The position numbers and the translations under genes were made by a program. Of a DNA stretch of 64,000 nucleotides, positions 22,280 through 35,197 are shown piece by piece (positions within the stretch are counted from its first letter, which is position 1; the number at the start of each line of letters is the position of its first letter). The stretch lies in NCBI GenBank assembly GCA_001600695.1, contig BCKQ01000007.1, positions 455,184 to 519,183 of the forward strand, written 5' to 3'. Origin of the DNA: Ascoidea asiatica JCM 7603 (Eukaryota; Fungi; Ascomycota). The notes beneath the pieces are model-generated. The model was not told where the DNA came from. It saw only the letters and a list, made by a program, of their open reading frames with translations, and made no database searches.

Positions 22280-24393
22280 GAATTAACAACAAAAAGCTAA
22301 TTTCACTGCTGAATTTTTTACATTTTTATTATTTTATATCTCTATTTCTATAATATATATCTACAATTATTATATCTATTTTTTATATCTACGTTTCATA
22401 CCTAAAAATTCACTAAATCCACTTTCTTACAGTAATAGACTATTAAAATTTCTTAATATAGTAATCTCCAAGATCATGTGCTTCTTACGTAATGAGAATT
22501 TAACTGTTGGCCTGTAAATTTGGTACCGATCTAATATACGCACTTGGACGCATGTGCCAGCTTCTTAATTGAAAGGGATTTTGCATAAATTGATTTGGAT
22601 TAATTAATCAACCTAAAAGCTGGTCAATAAATTAATTAATCAAAATTTCTTTTTTCACAACAGTGATTGATTAAGACAGTGATTATTTAAAACGGTTTCT
22701 AATTAAACCATTGATTAATTTTTCTTAATTGGGATAACTGATTGATTAAAGAGATGATTTAACCAGTCGGTAATATTGATTTACTGATGGGAGAATTGAT
22801 TTGCAACTACATTTTGTAAGCAGAAATCCCCCCTTCAAAGTTTATCATTTTTGGTAAAGTGATTGATTGATATAAATATGAAAACAGACTTTTTGAAAGA
22901 TTATTGATTTTTCCTTTGGTAGAGTTTTTGAATTGAGGCTTTTCTAAATTAACTGAAATAATTAGTAAAACTGTTTTGTACCTTATTTCAATATGGTTAC
23001 TATTTCTACTTGGTTTTAAAGCAAAAAAAATGATTATGAAAGCTCTTCCAACTCTCCATAAAATTTCTTTCGTTTTGGAATAGAAATATATTTTATAGAG
23101 AAATATATATTGTTTATATTCTTATGAATAATTTTACCACAGTTCAGCCATATTACATAAAAGCCTCTTTGAACTTTCCACTATGAATATGTCCAAAAGG
23201 CTTGGATGCTTCAACATTGGATTTAATTAACCTAGGAAAATAAAATTTATTACATTTTTGCCTATTAAAAAAAAGTACTCTCAATAAAATGGGCAAAGTA
23301 AGGTTTTCATTTTATCAATTTCAAGTTAAATAAATGAATAAAGGAGTATACTGTATGAATAAAAGTTGAAACACAAGTTTTAATTAAAACTCCATTAATG
23401 GAATTAATTGCAAAAAAATGTTGTTTCAAATGGTTTATTTTTGAATCAAAAGTTTTACTCTGAAAAAATTATTATTTACTGTTTAATAATAAACTGGTGT
23501 ATATTTACAATGAGTTAACAATAGCAACTATGAACTTTCCATACGGTTATGTACACTCGTAAAATCTTACTATGACAACATATAAATGTAACATACATAA
23601 TATGTTATAAACAATTGTGGTGAATGTCAACAGTTATCGATAAAGATAAAATTAAAGAAATTAGTAAAAACATTCAATACATACTGTATGTTAAGTAAAT
23701 TGGTGCCCTTCTTAATTAAGCCCAAATGTTGGAATTTATAATCCTTCTGTCAATTGATAACTTTATCAATTATTTTCTTAAGATTCAATTGTTAAAATTT
23801 GAAATAGATTTAACATGCCTCTTTTCTCAAACCTGAGAACCACATGATTAGTCAAATTTTATTTTTTTTTTCTTCAAGACTAAACTTTCATTTTGATTCG
23901 GCAATGAAAAGCAAGTCCAAAAATTCACTACTTACTTATTTTAATAAGTTAACCGAGCTAAAAAAATTGAATCTGATAAGAACCAATTTTTCATTAGATT
24001 CAGTTATTCAAATGAAAGAGATCTAATCAACAAAAGAAAAAAAAAATTGCTGATTTGAATGATTGTTTTTATCAAAATTTTTAAAAATATTTTCTACTGG
24101 CTAATACTTACTACCGCAATAGACTATTACTGCCAATAACACTACCATAAAAGTTTCTCATATATAAATGAAAGGTTGCAGGAAAATCCATTCTAAAAGT
24201 AGTCAGATCTTGCATAGAGTTAGGTAATTTTTAAAATATGTTGCAAATTTTAGAAAATAAAACTGAAAACTAAAGAATTCTGGTAAATCATTGTTTATTA
24301 ATTTTATGAACATTTCATGGGCAGGCAAAATGTAGAAATCTTTCATTGGCTGAAATATTATTTAACATTGAAAAATTTGAACCCATACCTTTC

Positions 24394-24404
24394 ACCTTAA
24401 AGGT
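24394..24404. promoter_or_regulatory. Zap1-type zinc-responsive element ACCTTNAAGGT
   Basis: ACCTTAAAGGT, exact consensus, ~780 bp upstream of the permease. Confidence 0.45.
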
Positions 24405-25186
24405 TTTGATCTAAATAGATATCATATTATATTTGATAAGTTATTTGGCTTTCCAAAGTTTTTTTTTTGCCTTTAAGCTCAAGCTCTTTATTGCCATAAT
24501 TAAGATTGCTGTGCAATGTTATTGGTAGCCGTAACTCCAAATCATCTGAACCGAAAGCTTATTTCAACTTTTTTTTAATATTTGCTTCTATAAAATTGGG
24601 TAGCGTACCGACAAGTTTCTAAAATAGCAAGAATAAAAATTAATATTATTGAAGCAATAATAATAAAAAATAAATTTGTCAATATACCTTTGAAACGAGA
24701 ACAGGTTTATTACTTGGGCTTTAATACTCAAATCTCAACTATGAATTACATCAATTGCTTGTAAATGATAAATTCTGAATAAACTTATTTTTATATTGCA
24801 TAAAGAAGCTTAGCAAAATTCCATATTGTTGATGAGATAAGAACATAGCAAAAATTTAAACACTTCCTATTTTTTCTAATAAAGGTATAAAAAACAAATT
24901 TTTGCAAATGTACCTTCATAACATAGAACTAAATTAAAGGAAAACTGAGTACTTTAGATCTATTTTTGATAATCATTTTGAACTATTTAAGTGCAAAGAT
25001 TTTTCTTTCCTTTCTTCCAAAAAAGATAGCTTTAGTAAATTTACATACAAGAGGTAAAATTCTTATTACAATAAATTTTTTTTTGATTTTTTGTGTTTTT
25101 ATTTATCTGGTAAACTATTTTAAAATTTAATATAGCAATCTAAATTGAGCAATTCTGGTAAAAAAATTTAAAAAAATATAAAAAAA

Positions 25187-26902
25187 ATGAGTCACAGTTT
25201 AAGTGAGAAAAAAAGTCCTGAGTATTCTATCAATGAAGCATCAATATCAACAGCAAATGCTAGAGAAGAAATAAATATAGAGTCGAAACTTGCAGACAAT
25301 GCTTTAGATAGAAGTTTAAAAGCAAGACATCTTTCACTTATTGCTATTTGTGGAGCTTTAGGTGTAGGTCTTTTAATTGGTACAGGTAAAGTATTAAAAA
25401 AGGCTGGACCTGGATCACTTTTTATAAGTTATAGTGTTGTTGGTTTCTTGGTCACAATTGTTATGACAGCCATTGGAGAAATGGCTACATACCTTCCAAT
25501 GCGCCAGAGTTATACTGGTTATGCATCGAGATATGTTGATCCATGTTTAGGATTTGCTTTTGGTTGGACAGTTGCCTGTGGAAATTTATTATCTCCTGCC
25601 GATGAATTTGTAGCAGGTGCAATGGTTATGAATTACTGGGTACCAACAGATAAAGTAAATGCTGGTGTTTGGGTGGCAATCATGATTGTTATGGCAAGTA
25701 TTATAAATTATTTTGGGATTAAATGGTATGGTGAAGTTGAATTTTGGATGTGTGCAGTTAAAATCATTGTCATTTTACTTTTAATGTTCTTAATGTTTAT
25801 TTTGATGTTAGGTGGTGGCCCAGATCATGATAGAAAAGGATTCAGATATTGGAAAAATCCAGGTGCTTTTGCAGAATATAAAAGTGGAGATGTTCATATC
25901 ACAGGCAGCACAGGAAAATTTGTTGCTTTTACTTCATCACTTGTTAATGCTGTTTTTGCCTATTTAGGTATAGAAGCAGTTGGTACTTTAGTTGGAGAAG
26001 CAGAAAATCCAAGAAGAAATATTCCAAGAGCAGTTAAGTTAAGTTTTTATCGTATTATTTTCTTTTATGTTGTTTGTACATTATTATTAGGTATGAATGT
26101 TGCTTATAATGATCCTTTATTAGCCACCGCTACTAGTTCAACAACTTCTGCAGCAGCTTCTCCTTTTGTTGTTGCTGTTAAAAATAGTAAGATTAATGGA
26201 TTAGATCATTTCATTAATGCATCTCTTTTGCTTTTTTGTTTTTCTTCTGGTAATACTGGATATTATAATTGTTCAAGAACATTATATTCATTAGCTAATA
26301 GAGGTCAAGCTCCAAAAATATTTATGTATACTAATAAAAGAGGTGTTCCAGTTTATGCTTTAGCACTTGCAATAGCATTTAGTTTATTAGGATTTATGTG
26401 TGTTAAAGAAAATGCGGATACTATATTTGGATATTTTGTTTCATGTATTTCATCATTAGGTGTTATGAAATGGATTAGTGTATTATTAAGTCATATTGGA
26501 TTTATGAATGCATTAAAAGCTCAAGGTATTGATAGAAATTCATTAATTTATAAAGCACCTTGTCAACCATATGCATCATATATTGGTTTATTTTTATGTA
26601 TACTTATTGCTCTTATTAAAAATTTTACTGTTTTCCTTGGTGATGATTTTGATTATAAGTCTTTTATTACGGGATATATTGGTATACCACTTTATTTAGC
26701 TTTTACTTTGGGGTATAAATTTATAATGAAATCTAAAAGAGTGAAATCAAGTGAAGCAGATTTATTCACAGGAAAAGATATTATTGATAGAGAAGAAGAA
26801 GAATTTCTTCAAGTTAAAGAAGCTAAAAAAGCAGAAAGAAAAGAATCGGGAAAGAAAGATTTAACCTGGTTATATGAACACTCAATTGGATATATTATCT
26901 AA
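25187..26902 (+). CDS. Yeast amino acid permease (YAT family), Dip5-like
   Basis: LKARHLSLIA, GEMATYLP, YASRYVDP, YGEVEFW, GGGPDHDRKGFRYWKNPGAF, GEAENPRRNIPRA. Confidence 0.88.
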   Translation: MSHSLSEKKSPEYSINEASISTANAREEINIESKLADNALDRSLKARHLSLIAICGALGVGLLIGTGKVLKKAGPGSLFISYSVVGFLVTIVMTAIGEMATYLPMRQSYTGYASRYVDPCLGFAFGWTVACGNLLSPADEFVAGAMVMNYWVPTDKVNAGVWVAIMIVMASIINYFGIKWYGEVEFWMCAVKIIVILLLMFLMFILMLGGGPDHDRKGFRYWKNPGAFAEYKSGDVHITGSTGKFVAFTSSLVNAVFAYLGIEAVGTLVGEAENPRRNIPRAVKLSFYRIIFFYVVCTLLLGMNVAYNDPLLATATSSTTSAAASPFVVAVKNSKINGLDHFINASLLLFCFSSGNTGYYNCSRTLYSLANRGQAPKIFMYTNKRGVPVYALALAIAFSLLGFMCVKENADTIFGYFVSCISSLGVMKWISVLLSHIGFMNALKAQGIDRNSLIYKAPCQPYASYIGLFLCILIALIKNFTVFLGDDFDYKSFITGYIGIPLYLAFTLGYKFIMKSKRVKSSEADLFTGKDIIDREEEEFLQVKEAKKAERKESGKKDLTWLYEHSIGYII

Positions 26903-28150
26903 GAGTAATTTTCTAATAATTTTTGACTAATATTACGTTATTATTATACCAAACTTTGTCTAAGTTTTTACTTTACGTCGGTATACATTCACTCCTTTAT
27001 GCTATTCAGTTCTGTTTTTTTTTCTCCATTTTTCAATTATATCCTCCAAGTTACTGTCAACACATTTTTTTATTAAACTTTTTATTATTATTAATATTAT
27101 CATCAACCTATTATTGAGTATCCAAGTAAAAATTGTTTTATCAATCAATTTTGATTATATTGTTCAATTACATCCTTATCATAAAATTATCTATCAATCC
27201 ATCCGAAAAATTATTATCAAATTCATCTAGATCATTTTACTATCTTTTTCAAAAAAATGCAATACTTAAGTAAATGATAAAACAAAGATATTTAAAACTC
27301 AAAACAACTTTATTTTTGGATTCAAATCTCAATCAAATCACTAGTCGCTCGCTTAATCAACCAATTTCAATTCTCTTTTGAATTTTGCTTATATTTGCTA
27401 AATTTTCTTTAGCAATACTTATTTATTTTTAATTTTTGCAATTACTTTATGATATTGCTTTTATATGGTCTCTTCTTTTTTTGCCCAGGAAAAGAAAAAG
27501 ACTCATTATTTATTAAAAATCATATATGTAATACAGTATAATAACTGAACATTATTTTTATTGTATTATGGTTTATTATGATTTATTACGGTATATTATT
27601 CCTTCTTTTAGCTTTTATGCCAAGTCACTCGCTTAGATTGTTTTTATTTTCTTACTAGCCATTGAAGTGTTTATTGAATCTATTCTTTGAATGCTTTTGG
27701 TTTAAACCTTTTTATAAAATTTTTATAATACTTTTTTATAGTACTTTTTTATAAATCTTTTTGCAATTCTCTTGCAAATCTTTTAAAATTATATTTTTCA
27801 TACTGTATGTATAAACTTCGATTAAATCGATCGAATTCGGCCAAGTTCCGACAAAATTATCTATTGCAAAATTATGGCAGGTGACTTCAAATAAAACCGA
27901 CTTTTAGACCCCTTTTTAGTATAAACCCGCAGTGCTGGGTTTCGAATGCTGGTTTCTGTCACTGTGAGAAGTATCAAACTGACAGAACAGGCGTAACATT
28001 AAGTGCTGGGTGATAGCACAGAGGAATTGATAATGGATATCCAGAATTCGATTCAGCAAAATCTTTAGAATCAACAAAAGATTTTCAAAAAAAATAGTAC
28101 AGTAGTATAAAAGTAATAATAGTAAGGATAATAAGAAATATAATAAGGAA

Positions 28151-29032
28151 ATGTCTTTATTTTTCAAGGCCCCTTTGGATATTGAAGTAAGATTAGATGG
28201 AGAAGATACTCGTCAACATGTAGAAGTTAAGAATCGAAAGGGAAGAAAAGAAAAATTACCATTATATGAGGATGGTGAATCTGTTAAGGGGCAAGTTACA
28301 GTCAGAGTAAGGGATGGACGTAGAGTTGAACATCATGGTGTTAAAATTCAATTAATTGGTACAATTGAAACTCATACAGATGGTTTAAATAATGATAATT
28401 TTTTATATTTAGTTCAAGAATTATCATCACCTGCAGAATTAAAACATCCAGAAAATTATCATTTTGAATTTAAAAATGTTGAAAAACAATATGAAAGTTA
28501 TAGAGGTACAAATGTTAGATTACGTTATTATTTAAAATGTATTGTTCAAAGAAAATCTGCAGATGTTGTAAGAGAAAAAGAATTATGGGTTTATGGTCAT
28601 CAAATTCCACCAGACACTCCAACAAGTGTAAAAATGGATGTTGGTATAGAAGATTGTTTACATATTGAATTTGAATATTCTAAATCAAGATATTCTTTGA
28701 AAGATGTAATAGTTGGTAGAATTTATTTTCTTCTTGTAAGATTGAAAATTAAACATATGGAATTATCATTAATTAGAAGAGAAACTATAGGTACACCTCC
28801 AAATCAAGTTTCTGAATCTGAAACTTTAGTTAGATTTGAAATTATGGATGGTGCTCCAGTCAGAGGTGAAGCTATACCAATAAGATTATTCCTTGGAGGT
28901 TTTGATTTAACTCCAACTTTTAGAGATGTAAATAAAAAATTTTCAACAAGAACTTTTTTGAGTTTGGTATTAATCGATGAAGATGCAAGACGTTATTTCA
29001 AACAAAGTGAGATAATTCTTTATAGAGAATAA
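28151..29032 (+). CDS. VPS26: Retromer subunit Vps26
   Basis: FKNVEKQYESYRG, KMDVGIEDCLHIEFEY, GRIYFLLVRLKIKHMELS, FEIMDGAPVRGE.IPIRLFL. Confidence 0.97.
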   Translation: MSLFFKAPLDIEVRLDGEDTRQHVEVKNRKGRKEKLPLYEDGESVKGQVTVRVRDGRRVEHHGVKIQLIGTIETHTDGLNNDNFLYLVQELSSPAELKHPENYHFEFKNVEKQYESYRGTNVRLRYYLKCIVQRKSADVVREKELWVYGHQIPPDTPTSVKMDVGIEDCLHIEFEYSKSRYSLKDVIVGRIYFLLVRLKIKHMELSLIRRETIGTPPNQVSESETLVRFEIMDGAPVRGEAIPIRLFLGGFDLTPTFRDVNKKFSTRTFLSLVLIDEDARRYFKQSEIILYRE

Positions 29033-29130
29033 TTGAATTGAATTGAATTGAATCGAATCGAATTGAATTGAATTGAATTGAATTGAATTGTATTGTATTG
29101 TATTGAATTGAATTGAATTGAATTGAATTG
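29031..29130. repeat. Pentanucleotide microsatellite (AATTG)x20 with AATCG/TATTG variants
   Basis: Starts in the VPS26 stop codon. Confidence 0.95.
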
Positions 29131-29381
29131 AAGTAATAAATCTTAGCTTTAACTAGTAATCTGAAATATACTTGTGTAGGTATGTAATAATTTCATGATG
29201 TAATGAAAAAAGAGACCCGAGTTTCTGGACTCGATTGCGATCCTTGATTTGGATAACTGTCAGGGTATTTTTGACTTAGTTGCTTGGTTTGTTATTAAAT
29301 AATTTATTATTTCTTTATTTCTTTAGTTATTTCTTTAGCTATTTTAATATATAATCATGAAAAACAGTAGATTATTTCAAA

Positions 29382-30128
29382 ATGAGTTCAAATGCAAATA
29401 AGGAAATTATAATTGATGAAAAAGATCCTGGTTATCCAAAATTAAAAGCTCCATATGTTAAATTATATACAATGGATACACCAAATGGTGTAAAAGTTTC
29501 AATTTTATTACAATTATTGAAAATTAAATATTATATAAGATATATTGGAATTTGGACTAATGTTCAAAAAGAAGATTGGTTTATCAATTTAAATCCAAAT
29601 GGTAGAATTCCAACATTATCTCATGTTAATTCAAAAGGGGAAAGAATTTCAATTATGGAAAGTGGTGCAATAATGTTTTATATATGTGATAAATTTGATT
29701 TAAATTTCAAATATCATTTTAAATTTGGTAGTAAAGAATATTATGAATGTTTACAATGGTGTTTTTTTCAAACTGGTGGTATTGGACCAATGCAAGGTCA
29801 AGCTAATCATTTTTTAATATATTCAAAAGAAAAAATTCCATATGCAATTGAAAGATATTTAAAAGAAACTAAGAGATTATATAATGTTTTACAAATTCAA
29901 TTAATTAAAAATAAAACTGGATATTTAGTTTCTAATCATTTATCAATTGCAGATATTATAAATTATGGTTGGGTTCAAGAATGTGGAGTTCTAAATATTG
30001 ATTTAAAAAATGAATTTCCTATACTTTATAAATGGTTTAATTCAATTGATTTATTACCTGAAACTCAAATTGGGTTGAATGCAACTGCCAATTATAAACC
30101 AAATCAAATTAATATGAATTCTATCTAA
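29382..30128 (+). CDS. Glutathione S-transferase, Ure2-like/nu (YfcG-like) class, no prion domain
   Basis: TPNGVKV, LNPNGRIP, ESGAI, GPMQGQANHF, LSIADI. Confidence 0.92.
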   Translation: MSSNANKEIIIDEKDPGYPKLKAPYVKLYTMDTPNGVKVSILLQLLKIKYYIRYIGIWTNVQKEDWFINLNPNGRIPTLSHVNSKGERISIMESGAIMFYICDKFDLNFKYHFKFGSKEYYECLQWCFFQTGGIGPMQGQANHFLIYSKEKIPYAIERYLKETKRLYNVLQIQLIKNKTGYLVSNHLSIADIINYGWVQECGVLNIDLKNEFPILYKWFNSIDLLPETQIGLNATANYKPNQINMNSI

Positions 30129-30248
30129 ATATTTTTTCCTTTCTCTAAATATAAGCTAAATATATATATATTATCTTATCTCTATCCATATACTTAAAAA
30201 AAATGAATAAAATATTAAAAAATATAAAAAATTAAAACTAAAAAATAA

Positions 30249-30321
30249 TGGACGAGTCCGGAGTCGAACCGGAGACCTTCTGCATGCAAAGCAGACGCGC
30301 TACCAACTGCGCTACACGCCC
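30249..30321 (-). tRNA. tRNA-Ala(UGC)
   Basis: Reverse complement GGGCGTGTAGCGCAGTTGGTAGCGCG TCTGC-TTTGCAT-GCAGA ...GGTTCGACTCCGGACTCGTCCA. Confidence 0.96.
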
Positions 30322-30787
30322 ATATATTATAAATAATATAAATGTCTTCCAAATAACAAAGTCACAAATTGACAAAAAAGAGGAACTTTTTGAATTTTTC
30401 TTGGCAGGCTAAAAACAAAGCCGACCCGGCTCCGAAGTGCCGCCAATCGATTTGAATCAAACGAAGTGAATAAATGATTGAATAATTGAATGAAATGGCA
30501 GTTAACGAATATAAATGATACCCTTTTTCTTTTTCAAGAAATTTGAAGTCTAACTCGAATAACTTATATTACTTTGGAAAGGATAACATGAACACTCTTT
30601 AGGAAAAGAGTATAACTAAAGAAAATACTGAATGGAAAGTTAAATGCTTTATTTTTTCCTTTTAAGTTTAGAGTGATATAATAATATCTTCATAGAATTA
30701 GTCAAAAAAATTGATTATGATTTCAAATAGTTTTCAAATTTATTAAAGAGAAAACATTTAACTAACCAATCTACTTCATTTCGAAAA

Positions 30788-31603
30788 ATGTTTGATGATT
30801 TTATAGGAATTTTAGAAAAGAAAAACCTTCAAATAAATAATAATAATAATAGTAAGATTATTAACAATAAAGATGATAAAATAAATAAAGATGATAAAAT
30901 AAATAATGATGATGAACATTTAAAATTAAATATAAATTTAGATGAGATTATAAATATTGATGAATTAAAAGATAAATTTTTAAATAAAGAAAATGAATCA
31001 ACTAAATTATATTCAAAATATTTAATTCCAACAAAAGATAAAAATTTCTTCAATGAATTTCCAAGAAAATCTTCTGATTGGGATAATAATCATCATAATT
31101 TTAATAGTGATTTTGAACCATTTTTAAAATGGTTTCCAATTTTCAGTCAAAATTTTTTTATAATTAATTGGTTATATCCTAATTTTAAAAAAGATTTAAA
31201 TTTATTCAATAAAATCGATAATAATAATATTATTATTAATGATAATGATGATAAATTAAAAATCTTATTTAATGCAAAACCAATTCCAACTAAATTTGAA
31301 AAAAAATTATGTTTCAATTTAAATGGTAATGGTTTATTTGATAAAAATGGTATTTGGTCTTGTTATTTTATAAATTATAAAAAATTATCAAAAAAATATA
31401 ATTTAAATATTAATCAAAAAGATAAAATTTTATCTAATTTTATTAATGATAATAATAATAATAATAAAAATAATAATTACAATGAAGAGGTTCTTAATGG
31501 AAATAAAAATCTATACTTCACAACTTTTAATGATTTCTTAAAATGGTCTCATGATAATCATACTCATAATCTAAATCATAACCTCAATCATAATCATTCA
31601 TAA
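30788..31603 (+). CDS. Mpm1-like (mitochondrial peculiar membrane protein) ORF, divergent
   Basis: PIPTKFEKKLC..LNGNGLFDKNGIWSCYF and LYFTTFNDFLKW resemble recalled Mpm1 motifs; rest is low complexity. Confidence 0.45.
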   Translation: MFDDFIGILEKKNLQINNNNNSKIINNKDDKINKDDKINNDDEHLKLNINLDEIINIDELKDKFLNKENESTKLYSKYLIPTKDKNFFNEFPRKSSDWDNNHHNFNSDFEPFLKWFPIFSQNFFIINWLYPNFKKDLNLFNKIDNNNIIINDNDDKLKILFNAKPIPTKFEKKLCFNLNGNGLFDKNGIWSCYFINYKKLSKKYNLNINQKDKILSNFINDNNNNNKNNNYNEEVLNGNKNLYFTTFNDFLKWSHDNHTHNLNHNLNHNHS

Positions 31604-32460
31604 TTAATTCATATTCTACATCAAATAATCTATATTCCATACTTAGTTATATATTTCATATTCAAATTCTATTAATTATTCACAATAAACTCGTCGACGA
31701 TTCAAATTTGATTGTTCATAACATTTATGCTTTTCGTTTTCAATCTATTTATTTTTTATTCATTATTTTCTATTTCAAGTATAAAACTATCTTTCACAAC
31801 CTTTACATCTTTTATTAAATTTGTTCTTCTAGTACAATGATCAACCTTTATATTTCAATCGTGATAGCACTAGCACTTGATCAATGCCAAAAGTGAAATT
31901 TAGCTTATTTATTTATTACAGATATTCTTTATATAAAAAAGGTTTTCTTTCATCATAATTATCATCATCAGCAATCAATCAACTATTAAAAATTCAAACC
32001 TATTTCAAACTATCACAGGTAATAATAATAATAATAATACTAGTACTAATAATAATTTTTTCTTCCATATCTAATAATACAACTACTAATGATAAGAATC
32101 ACCTAGATAATTATACAAATATCATTATTCCCAATAACAAAACAAGAAGATATGATTTTTTCTTTAAATTTTCATTTCTCAAATGATAAATCTAATGATT
32201 TAAAGAAAAATACCAACAATAGTGATAACAAAAATGAAAATTAAAACTTAAAGGTCCTGTATGTACAATCAAATTCTGTATTTTAATTCAATTAAAAAGG
32301 TAATACATCTACTAAAAAAATAGAAAAAAATGAAAATGAAAAAGTTGATGAAAAACCAAAAGAAAGTAAAGTTGAAGCAAAAAAATTAGTTTTTTTTTCT
32401 ACACTTTATACTCCAATACAAATACAACCATTACTATTTTGAATAATACTGAAAACAACA

Positions 32461-32700
32461 ATGATATATGTACTGGAAGAAATTGAATTTATAAAAAAAT
32501 GTAGTTTATTAAAGCTCAATAAAGGAAATAAACAATCAAGATTTTTATTGAGAGCAGAAGAGTCTGACAGAACTTTGTATAATAGTTTCTCAAATAAAAC
32601 AATTAATTATGACATTGTTGAAGAATATACTAAAGTTTCAACACTAATTGTTGATAAAGGTGGTAAACAGTCTTTTTATGTTCAAATGTTTTTATGTTAA
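32461..32700 (+). pseudogene. Decayed fragment resembling a Nup2-type Ran-binding domain
   Basis: LLKLNKGNKQSRFLLRAEESDRTLYNS...INYD...KVSTL.VDKGGK resembles a RanBD C-terminal half; stops upstream. Confidence 0.3.
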
Positions 32701-34831
32701 GAGCTAAAGATTATAGTGAATTAATTAAAATGATGAGTATTGATCAAAGATTTTATTGAACACATTATTTATATTTTTCACTCTTTCTTTATGATTTACA
32801 ATTTTTAATTTAGTCTTTCATTTTTTTTATCAATAATTGGATTATTATGTTAAACACGTATTTCCAAAAAAAATTTATTAATTCATTTCAATGAAATTCC
32901 ATTTAATAAACAAACAAACAAGCTCTTTATATGAATTGAAGGAAACGTAGTTGATTGTATTTTCTCTTCATTGAATTAAAACAATAGGTTCATGACTATA
33001 GAAAAATCAATAAGTAAAAGTTAAAAGCACTTTAAGGGCCAATGTTGCTATATAGACTGAATATCGAAATGGAACACAAATTCTAAAATGTACCATTGGC
33101 CGCTTAACATTTTTATAAAAGCAACCAAAGTAAATAAGGTTGCAGTGAGATACAGTAAGGATAACCTTAATTAACCTTAAATTTTTCATTATATTAAATG
33201 AGAAATTGAGGTATTTTTTGTACTCAAATTGCTAAATTTCATTATTTCTTGTTCTTTTCAATTTTTAAAAATCATTTATGTTTACTTTATTTTTCATAGA
33301 GAATTTAGGTATTTTCCATGGTTTCTCAACTCAAGTATTTAATATTCAATATCTGAGAATCGACATAAAAAGAGTATTTTCCTTTAACAGGGTTCTTATT
33401 TTTTTATTTTAATTTATACATCATTAATAATTGATTTGATCAAGTCTAGTCAAAAACTTATGATTCTTAAAATTAACCTTTCAAATTTAATTTAGTTTTA
33501 AATACAAATATCAAAAAAAAAAAGATGAAAATGAATATGAATATGATAACGAATGAAAACAATTAATGAAAAATCTCAATATGCATATAAATTGATAAAT
33601 AATGCTTTACTTCCAAATTTTAATGTTGAGGACTCAAAATTATTGATTAATGCACTATATTCCCCAAATAATTCTTACATCAGTCTTTTGCAGGAATCAA
33701 AAACTCAAATTTAAAGATATTTTTTTAATGATAAAATACAAATATAAAAAAGATCATTGACTCATGTTATTGGGATGTTTAATTTGTTTATTGATATGGA
33801 TGAACACTTTTTAATGTCATATATATCCAAAATTTATGTACATTCCCTTATTGAAACTTTTTTTAGTAATGGATCAAAGTTTTTCAGAAATTTATCAAAA
33901 TACATTTCTTCAATAATGGAAGATAAAGTTCAAATTGAAAATATCAATAATGATTTAAAACCAATTTTGTTAAAGTTTTTTTTTTGTGATTCTTTTAAAG
34001 TAAATTTTGATTTTTTTTATAAGTTTTCTTCTTCTAACTCACACTCCGGTAAAGATAAATTTATTGATAATTCTCGAGATAATACAACAAAAGACTTAAT
34101 GAATTCACTTGGTCTATTATTGACTCTTGGGGATGATAATATAACTCTGGTGTGAAATTTTTATTTTTGAGCTCTTTCTTGGTTCCTTGAAAGTTTGCTT
34201 GAAAACTTTGGTTAAGACTTTAATTGTCATCATCATAAATTTTCCATTCTGATCAAATCAATAAAAAAGGCAGAAAATAGAATCAAAGAAGAGAGGGAAA
34301 ATAAAAATGGTGTAAGATATCATTATTACTATTATTATGAACCAATGTATCTTGGTATGATTGCTATTTCAAAAAATCACTATAAATCAATTGTTCAATT
34401 AGCTTGATCAGCAAGAATTAATTATAAAAAAATTAGAACAAAAGCTTTTTTTCCACATTCCAAAGGAAATACCTCAAAGGGTTTGGATATCATGTTCCAG
34501 CTCCTGAAGAAGATGAACCAAACGATTTATGCCTTTTTGGTAAACAATATATCCCAATCGACATTTTTTCATAATCGAAAAATCAAAACCTTGATATGGT
34601 TAAAAACTGTCTTAAATTCATTTTACTTACTTTGTTTTATATACCAATTCACTTTATTTTATATAATTTAAAAGAGCATCGCTTTTATCATCATTTCACA
34701 TATTCCAAGCTATATAATTTGACTCTTCAAGATCCTTAGAGACCCTTTTTTGCATTTTTATTCAAATCGTCATTTAAACTGCTAATAATATTGTCCATTT
34801 CATAATTTTAACCAATTTAATAAGTTTAAAG

Positions 34832-35197
34832 ACAACTGTAAATGAAATTGCAATGTTATATTTTACATATTGTCCATTGACTGCTACTAATACCGTTGAT
34901 TCATATATTACTTCTAGTACTGTATCTAAATTGGAAGTTTCTAAGTCAGTTATAAAATAAAGTTCTTGTCAAATAATGATTGCAAATCATTAATTGTTAC
35001 AACTAAAGTAACTTCTTTATGTACTATAATTTCGAATGAAAAATTGATTCATATAACTTATTCTTCTTTTTACTGAAGCTTCAAATTTAAACATTGCAAG
35101 TTCTTCAGAGCATAAAATTACCTGCTCAAGCTTTACAGTTGATTCAAATTTAGGACCTTCAGGGACTTCAACAACATCAGATGCATTTAGTATTTAG
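34832..35197 (+). pseudogene. Decayed flocculin type-3 repeat (cell wall protein) fragment
   Basis: TTVNEIAMLYFTYCPLT...VIK*SSC/NNDCKSLIVTTKVT matches the TTVNG..YTTYCPLT / TITSCxxNxC repeat; contains a stop and frameshifts. Confidence 0.6.

Noticed and set aside
29031-29130. (AATTG)n as a heat-shock element or CRISPR-like array
   Set aside because: Direct pentamer repeat without alternating nGAAn/nTTCn units or spacers
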